The notes under the pieces: model-generated
Told to the model about the DNA's origin: nothing
What the model saw: the letters and a program-made list of their open reading frames with translations, nothing else
Database searches by the model: none
Program-made: the position numbers and the translations under genes
Origin: Amphiscolops sp. MND2022
Lineage: Eukaryota
Reading direction: 5' to 3'
Assembly (NCBI GenBank): GCA_964187785.1
Contig: OZ076409.1
Coordinates: forward strand, 25,856,001 to 25,920,000
Length of the DNA: 64,000 nucleotides
Shown here: in pieces, positions 35,501 through 44,500 of the stretch
Numbering within the stretch: position 1 is the first letter of the stretch
How the letters are laid out: the number at the start of each line of letters is the position of its first letter

Positions 35501-38500
35501 TCCCGCCTGGAAATCTCTCCAAAAGAGAAGCTGATCCTTAGAATTCGTAAAGATATACCAACAACACCAATTGAACTCCATGTCCAATCGGCCGGTGTCG
35601 CCGAGGAAGAACAAATATACTACACTGACGATGACGATGAAACTGAAGAACAAATCTGGCAACGAAAGCAACTGGCACGAGAAAACCCCTCCCATCAGTC
35701 ACCAGATATTTCACTTGAAAAATTTAGCATCCATCGCAGCAATGTGCAAAGACTCTCAGTCTGTCAAAAATTGACTAACATCAACACTGTAGCCATAGAA
35801 CAAAACAATGATGTTATCTTACAACAACTTAAACTCAAATTACAAAAAGAAGAGTACTCTGAAACAATCCTCATACAAGATATTAGATACCAACACTACC
35901 TACGTCAGCTGGACCGCCTGTCCATTCAGAACGACATCATCATCAGACAATACTATGATGAAACAGGAAACATCAAATACAACCAAATACTCTTACCGAA
36001 ACACCTGGTAAATGAACTCCTTGAATCACTCCACGGAAAGGCAAATCGACATCCAGGCATTGCCAAGATGCTCCAAGAAAAACGATGTAAATAATATTAC
36101 CCGGGAATAGCCAAATTAGTCCGCAAATGGGTAAATGGATGCGGAACGTGCATTAAAGACAAGAGAATCAACAATGAACTGATAACTCCCGAGCTACTAA
36201 ATCTACCAGAATGGACCTTAGGTCCAGAGGACGCAATGCAAATAGACCTCCTACCGAACCTCCCGCCGAGCGGAGGATATGAGAATATTATTACCGCTAT
36301 GGACGTCTTCTCACGATATTTTTTTGCCTGCCCAGTCGCTGACGCATCAGCCGCTAATACGGCCAAGGTTATTATCGACATAATGACCAAACACACCTAT
36401 TTGCCGACAACTTTGATAACCGACAAAAGATCTGCATTCACTTCGAAGTTAGTAGCTGAAATTGCGCAAATACTGGGAATTCAGATTCGTTGTGCGACGA
36501 CAAAACACCCGCAGACCATAGGGAAATTGGAGAGAACTCATGCAAGTCTCAAAACAAATCTCAAAATGGCCTCCGGGGCGTACAGACGTCAGTGGCATAA
36601 ATACTTACCTTTAGCGGTATTAAACTACAATACATCATATCATTCGACATTGGGCTGTGAGCCTTCAAGGATTTTTCATGGCCCAATACCACACAACATT
36701 CTCGATCACAAATTAGGACTCAATCCAAATCCTACCATCTTACCAACGACGGATTTCGCAGAAGAATTTCAACGACGAACGCAAATTTTACTTGATAATA
36801 CGAAGAAAAACATCATGCAATCCTACTTAAAATACAAGGAATATTACGACAGGAAGGCTAAAGCATCGCCTTTAAAACAAAATGATTATTGTTTTATACT
36901 ACAACCTATAGCTGATCACCAAGGATCAAAAATCCCATTTAAAGAATTTCGATGGATAGGCCCCTATATCATCGAACAAGTCTTGCCTAATGAAAACTAT
37001 ATTGTGCGCAAGCTCAATTCTAACAAAACACAAATTTTACATCGCATTCGTCTACGAAAATATGAACCCAACGTCCCATTACGTGATGAAAGACCCGAAG
37101 GCAACTTACAGCCGGATGAAGAAATTGTTATTCCTCAAGATGATCTCTACGTTATCACATGGGAAACCAATTTGGGCGACCTACAGGCTGATCATCGTAA
37201 TGAAACCCACAATCAAAACAACGAACAAAATACTAATAATAATGATGATACTGAAGCTGTAGAACAGCCTGACCAAATTTTAACAGATGTGGACCTTCGG
37301 TCCACTGGACGTTCGACGACTGACGAAATTTTCCCGAACCCCATATCGCAAGAAGATGATACCCAATCTTTCAATGATGACACAACCACTTCAGGGGGGA
37401 GTGATACTATCGTGCCCGAAGTATTAGAAAGCGAAAATGATGATATGATTGTAGAAAATGAAAGCCCTAGGGGAAGAAAATACAACATACGACCTAACCC
37501 CCAACTTCACTGATGAATACAGATATTAGCCAGATACAATTATTGCTGGTCCCCATTTACTATTTTGTCTCTGAGACCAATCTGACTTTAGACTCAACTA
37601 CAACACAGATACAATAATGAAAGACAAACAAAAGATACAAATAACTACAACAATGCCAAAAGTTTAGAAGTGTACATGTGTACACTATATACAATTAGTC
37701 TTTACTACCACTCTGACGTAGACTCTTTGCAGACTGATCAACTTCAGCATCGGATAATAGCTGAGTGGGACGTGCAGTTTTAGCTGAATAGCGAAGGGAC
37801 TTAGGGGGCGACTGAACTTGGGAAGCACTTGCAGATTTCTCCTTGCTGCCTCTAACGCGGAATCTATCATCAGGATCAAGTTTTGATAGAATATCAGCTC
37901 GCCCGAACTGATCCATTCCCAGCCAAGGGTCATAAGTATCGCTGAGGGCCCCCCGACCGAAAGTAGACTCTAATTCAAGAAACTCAGAAATTGAAGACTC
38001 TGAAGTAACAGCTTCCACGGAACCAGGTACGGAACTGAAATACGACTGGACTGGCAGGATTACATCAATCAGTTTGCTGGCGTAATTATCCGTATTAACT
38101 GATCCAAATTTAACTGTTGGTAAAGAGCGGAATGGTTCATCGAGGCAAAGGCAAGCCAACTTGAAACAACGTAACAATAATGGACGGGTTTGAATGGAGG
38201 TTTGCCCCATAATGAAGGTAATGGTATCCGGAATAAGTAAGGTGGGCTGGTCGAACTCGGGAAATTTGACCCTGAGTTCGTCAACGTAAGACAGATACTC
38301 CTCTTGTGCTTGAGTCTCTTCAGTGGCGACAAAGTAACCACGAAACCTAAATGACATAAACAATTTGCTAAAACACTTGGTAGCTAAGGCAAGAGGAGAT
38401 TGCAGCAGAATCTCCAAGTCGAAACACCCCAATCCTTGCGCGATTACAGTAGTAAAATCAAAGTGACTACGAGTCTCTTCGAACAAATGTGTAACGTAAC

Positions 38501-41500
38501 TGCGCGCTATTCTGCCATAATCTTCACGGGCTTTGGCAGTTAAATCTTTGAGTGTTTTCTTTTTTTCGGCCTTCTGGTCATGAAAATCTACTTCCGCTTT
38601 CAATTTGCCAGCATGGTCCAACTTGGCCCCGAACTTCAGGCGATTGAGGAAAACAGTGACGCTCAGCGCAGGGGCAACGTTTATATCTAGGTCCAGAATT
38701 GCTGCGGGATCGTTCTCCTCTGGAAGGGCGTTTGGCAGTACAATTCGTTTCGCAAGCTTGCGAAGGTACAGACACAGTTGTCTGAAAGAGTAGAATGCCC
38801 TGTCGCGTCGTCCACTGAGGCTGAGTGAGAAATTGGTCGTGTCTAAACAAAAGGATTAGTCATGCAATGTATACTTATTCCCAAAGTAAGAGACCAGTCT
38901 GGTACTAGCTCAAGTCCCTTCGGTCTTGTATCCCAGAGTAACTCCAAAGAGCATTTATACGAAAGGAAGCAAAACTACTGCATTGCAAATGACCCTATTA
39001 CCGTCATTAAGAGGCACCAATGAAGGAAGGAAATCTCAAAGCACTAACAATCACGGACTAGTTTGTGGAATAACTCGAGATGGCATGTGAAAAAATCATC
39101 GTGAATGATGGACCATTCAAGGCTCTGGGGCTGAAATGAAAAAACTTGATTACAAGACGTCTTGTGGACCAGAAGGCTAATGAGGAAGGGACTCCCAACC
39201 TGGCTGCGAACTCCTTGCATTTGTTGTTGTACGGCATGTGCTGTGAGGTACGTTGTGACAGCCTTCCAGTTCGCAATTAATTCTTGGCGGGTTGGCACAG
39301 TTACGACGTCAAGTCGACTCGACTTTATGGCCTAAATCGAAAGCAAGAAATTGTACGTGTGATTAACTTACGTCGACAACTCGATTGTTAAAGGTCCTAA
39401 CCTTGACTAATTCAGGGGTGAGTAAGGTCCACTCCAAACATAAACTTCCCCCCAGGCTGATAACTAGATAATGAAGTATAGAGAAAAAGTCTATACGACC
39501 AAACACACTGTAGCTGTCCCGATGCATTAGGCGTTTGATAGCAATATCATCAAAGGTGGTTGGTCTTTGTACCCCGTGGTTGGTAAGAGGAGAGTCATCA
39601 ACTAGCTGGACGAAGTTCTGGGTGGCGCCGGAGCAACACACTAAATCTGCTTCTGATGATATAGCAGCGAGCAAGGATAGTTCGAGCAGCGAACAGACGC
39701 AACTCAGCTGCACAACGTCCGGTAGTACGCCCGGTCCTTTGGAGGTATACTCGACAAAGTCTGTCCTTCTTCCAGAACCGAACGTGCAGGAGGAGGAACA
39801 CACCCTGAACTTCGAATTCAATTGAATATTGGCCATCAGTGAGGATGTCATTGCCAAGATTTGGGACAACTTGTTGAAATAGATGGTGAAACAACACCTA
39901 GAACAAATACAATCCGGTGATCACATTGTAGTACTTGACTTGGCAACCCTAAACTTTGAGGTAGTGCCAACTGATCCTTGACTCCAAGTCTGCTTTACCT
40001 ATGGTGACCTAACTACTATTCAATGGTAGTATTGAGTACACAACTAGACAATAAGTATGAAAGCCAGATGGAAACCACTCACCGATAATTTAGCCGTGCT
40101 CCAGTCTATGTCTGCGAAGAGAGCCTGATGATTCACAACAGTACCAGTGTGTTGCCAAAGGGCTCGGAGGACAGAAACGTCACCAGACAGTGGCAGATAG
40201 TGTCCCACGATTGAAATTTGTATTCGAGCTCGATTTTGGGGGGAAGAGGCCATGTGGTCAGCTCCAGACATAGCTTCCTCATAGAATGGGAGTTTCTCCC
40301 CTATGTCTACCAATTCGGCATTAATAAACAGGGGTAGTTCCAGTCGCGATTGGTAATGGGAAAGGATTTTCCGATCTTTCCCTCTCACCTGATGGCGCCG
40401 TTTTTTAGTGATAGGGTCTTCGATGGGCAGGTACTCGAACCTCCAACGTTGGTCTTTTCGAAGATGCCTCTCAGTCGCGTAGTGCCTCAAGATCTCTTTT
40501 GGGCCCATAGCCTTAATGGACACATTACATTTACAAATTTGACAGTAGATCTTATTGGGGTTCCATTTGGGGTCTAATGGTCCCGAAACAAATACACGTG
40601 TCCATGGCATGCTGTCAAAGTACTCTTCCTTCATAATCCTCCCAATTCTTCTCCTGTGCCTTGATGGTCTCTTAGACTTTGGTTGGACTTGTGGTGGCAA
40701 CCTCCCCTTTCCTTTTTCCCTAATGGCTTCTTGCCTTAGAGCTGCCAAAGTTTCGGTTCCAGGACTGGAACAGTCAAAGGAGACGGGGGAGCTCCCTTGT
40801 GCCAATTGATTTTCTCGAGGATAATTGGGGGGAACTGGAAGAGCTACTGAGGACTGAAAGTCCCGACTGGACTCTGGGTCACTGGTGGATCCGGGACTGC
40901 TGTCACCACCTCTCGTATCGTAAGTCATGACGGAATCACTTCCCACATCTGTATCAGTGCCAAGGTGAGACCCTTCTTGAGTATGCTTTCGGGCAGTAGT
41001 ACCACGGGGACTGTGTAAGTTCAGTCGACTAGCACGGATGACCACGCTGTTTAACATCTCGTATGATGCACGAGCACTCTCATCAGCTACTATGCGTAAT
41101 ATGCTGCTGATTTGATCTTGATTGAACGCAACAGTCATTTGTCCAGGAGAGAGGTATGTGGGGTTTGTCTCCTCAAAACACTGCTTGATGATCAGCCTAC
41201 TGGTACTAGAAAGAGGAGTGGGTCCCCTAGGTTCAGGTGGTAATGGATCACTCATGTCCTGACTTGATGTTTGGGGAAGAGAGACGTTGCCGGGTTTGGA
41301 GGGACTGTAGATGGCCTGGGCTAATGTGGATCTAGCCATAGACACATTATCGGTGTCCATTCCAGGACAAGACTCGACTTCTGTCTGAGACCGATAGTCC
41401 ATTTGTCCTTGAATATCCCCATTCTCGTATGTAGGATTTGTTGCTGGGGTAACTTCGCTTTGCTGGGCCGCCTGGCTCTCAGGTAGAGTTGTCTGAGTGG

Positions 41501-44500
41501 TCTGAGACGCAATTACTGGTGTTTCATCAGTAGCAAAATTTGAATCAATGGCTTCGGAAGTGGCTGCTTGGGCAGTAGCCTTATCCAGAAAAATGACGTC
41601 GGGAACATCAACGGGATGGCTCGCGTCTGGTATCATCTCATTAAGACCTGGAGTAATAGCGACAGGCTCACTCTCACTAGCTCTCACCACATTGGAGATT
41701 GCATTAGTGGCAGCAGTGACGTCCTCTTCTGAAATTGTGAGACACTCGATCTTCCTGGTGAAATATGTTTCGCAGCTCTCAGAATCTGTGGTAGAAGAAA
41801 GTTCGATCACGGACCTTAGGTCTGTCCGCAATTCGATGACCTCAGGCTCTTGCGGTTGCTCCAGTTGCGGCTGGTCAGTTTCCATTGCTTCGATGTTGTC
41901 TTGAGCTGGTTGGCCACTCATTTCGTTGTCTAAACGAAAAGAAATGAATTTTCGCGATCCACTTCCGCTATAAAAATCCATTCTATCGCGTTTGAAAGTC
42001 TTTCGAAAGCAAGTTTGTTATTTGTTCAAACCTATGGTTGAAAAGTTCACGATGGAGGAAGTGACTACTTAGTCAATGGGAAGCCCTGATCAAGCTCAAT
42101 ATTGACAAAATACTTTGAAAAGAACCAACCTGATGTTTGTCTATCTTGACAGGCAGAATTTTTTTCAGGCTACAACTGTCGATATGAGAAATTTAACTGT
42201 AAGTCGTAGTGGTTACTGCAGAAGTCAACAAACACACAATGATGTACTGAGCTAAGAATTCACGCCATAGTAGGTCGGACAGACTCACAGTCCAAAAGGA
42301 TGTAATTCGGCGGGCGATGCTGCTACTTTGACGAAAAGTTAAACCGGACAAGATCCAAGGCAATCCAGAGAGAATAAATCTGTCTAAGAATGCTCACAGT
42401 GTGCAATTCAAATAGATAAAAGGAGTAAAGAATTTAAATACTCAGATGAGAAATTGATGCTGTCAATCTGGTTTACAATGATTTACGTCAAACAGACTAG
42501 TAGTCAATATACACAATGCTTACTTATCACTACCACTTTCGACTGTCAAGACGGTTAATTACGTAATTATTATACTTACACTCCTACTTGAAATTTAAGG
42601 ACGTCGTGGCTACATGTACCTTAGCTTACCAACTTATCTAATATTAATTGAAGTATGTCTTTATTGTATTATGAAGTGTTATCGATTCTGCCAGAAAAGT
42701 ACACTTTCTACTTTGACCAGATCATGATCCTCATCCTTTGGTACGATCCTTTGCCTTTAGTACATTATCCCAACCATTATCTTTAGATTAGTTTCATCAC
42801 TTTCCATTACTTCATTCATTTATTCAAAATTTTCATTCAGAAAATTCATTCATTTATCTGTAGAATTTGATTGGTTAGCAAGTCGTCACTAGTTGAGGCG
42901 GACCGGTAGTCTTTGATGCTTATTGTTGATTGAAGATTAGTGTTAATAAACACTTTCACTAACAATTAACGTCACCTAACTTATAAGGGCAAGCACTTGA
43001 AAAGGTCTCAAGGGTTATCTGAACGAGCGATTACCAATATGATAAGGGTAATTAAAGAAGCAAAATCACGGGGACTCCTGAAAATGGAAATGTTTGGGAA
43101 TAATATCTTCCCGATTAACCCGCCACGGGTTTCCCCGCCGACTAAAGAGAAATCTCGGAAAATTAGTAAAATCCGAAGACTCATTCAACTCACAATTTTC
43201 ACCAGATTCAGATTAACTAATCACTTACCCGGCAAAATAGCTAAAAAATTCATCCTCAATAAACACCGCGCTGAGATGTCTCTTCAATTCTCCGTAGATG
43301 AACTAATACAGCCACTGGTGAGTCTATCTTACCTATCATCAGAGGAAGAAATGGAAGTGGACTGCCCGTCTACCGGAACTGAACAAGACCAGGATCAAGA
43401 TAGCGACATTGAAGTGATCGCTTGCTTCCGAGAGACCTCTATGCCTATCCCGAAGAAAGTTGGAGGCAGAGGTATGACGCTGGACTTGTCCAGTTGTGCT
43501 GATAACGACTCCCTAAGCAATACTCTCTGCAGTGAAGGCAGTTATTTCAATTCAGAGCCAAACAGCGAATTAATCGACCTGGTGTTAGGGTTACACCCTC
43601 CGACCGGAGAACCGACTGGCAAAGAAGGACATCCTATGGCGACCTGCAGTCTATTGGCACCAGTGCCGGATTCTCCACAATCGCCCCCGCCCCACGAGAA
43701 AGGACATCACACAGGCCCTCAACTACCACAATGGGATCATGACGAACCGCTTTGGCCTTGGATCTCGCATATCACAGGGGTCGCAGTACAAACAAGTGGC
43801 TACTGTGGCACGCAGAACTTGGTCCAACATGGAGACTGTCTAGTTTGCGGCAAATCCGCTAATATAATCCATGAGGAAGTCACCTTTGATTACTTGGAAC
43901 GGACTCACAGGGCTGGAGAATCTTACGAGACGAGACAGAGAAGACGACACGCTTTCCAAGCGGGCATGCAGGCGGGCGCTTTTGTTCTCGTCCCCCGGGG
44001 ACTGTCGCAGTCTGCCGCCTGCGATGGCAACAGCTACCAGATTGTGCCTAATGAGATGAGTGACATGCCGTTGCCTGCTGGGGTGTTACCCCTATAGATG
44101 AAAGAGACTACAGGTCCGCACAAAACTACCCCGTTAAATGTGATGTCAGTATAAACTATTTTAGTTAGCATTTATATTATTTTACGGACCATCGGTCCAC
44201 CCGTCTAAAGTAGACAGTCTGTCAAACTAGTATCCTAGAACTGATTATTCATTTCAATTAGCTGTGTATTCATTTGTATTTACGTGCTTAACCATGTAAA
44301 CCAAATTACCAGTGAATTTTATTAACAATATCAATTTGTAAGGCAACCAAAAGGTAGTAAGGAAACGCGTTCGAATTACATCACCGTCAGTATAATCGAC
44401 GCGTGGTCCTTTCTGCTATTAACCAATCAGCTTTCAGGAAGCTTTTCATTCGCTTGTGCTATACTGTGCTTATTCTTCTAGTTGCCATTAATCGGTCGGA

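Noticed and set aside
42997..43275. N-terminal extension of B ORF-X from a TTG start
   Set aside because: Homology to A and C begins at MSLQF (43276); the A ORF does not extend upstream.
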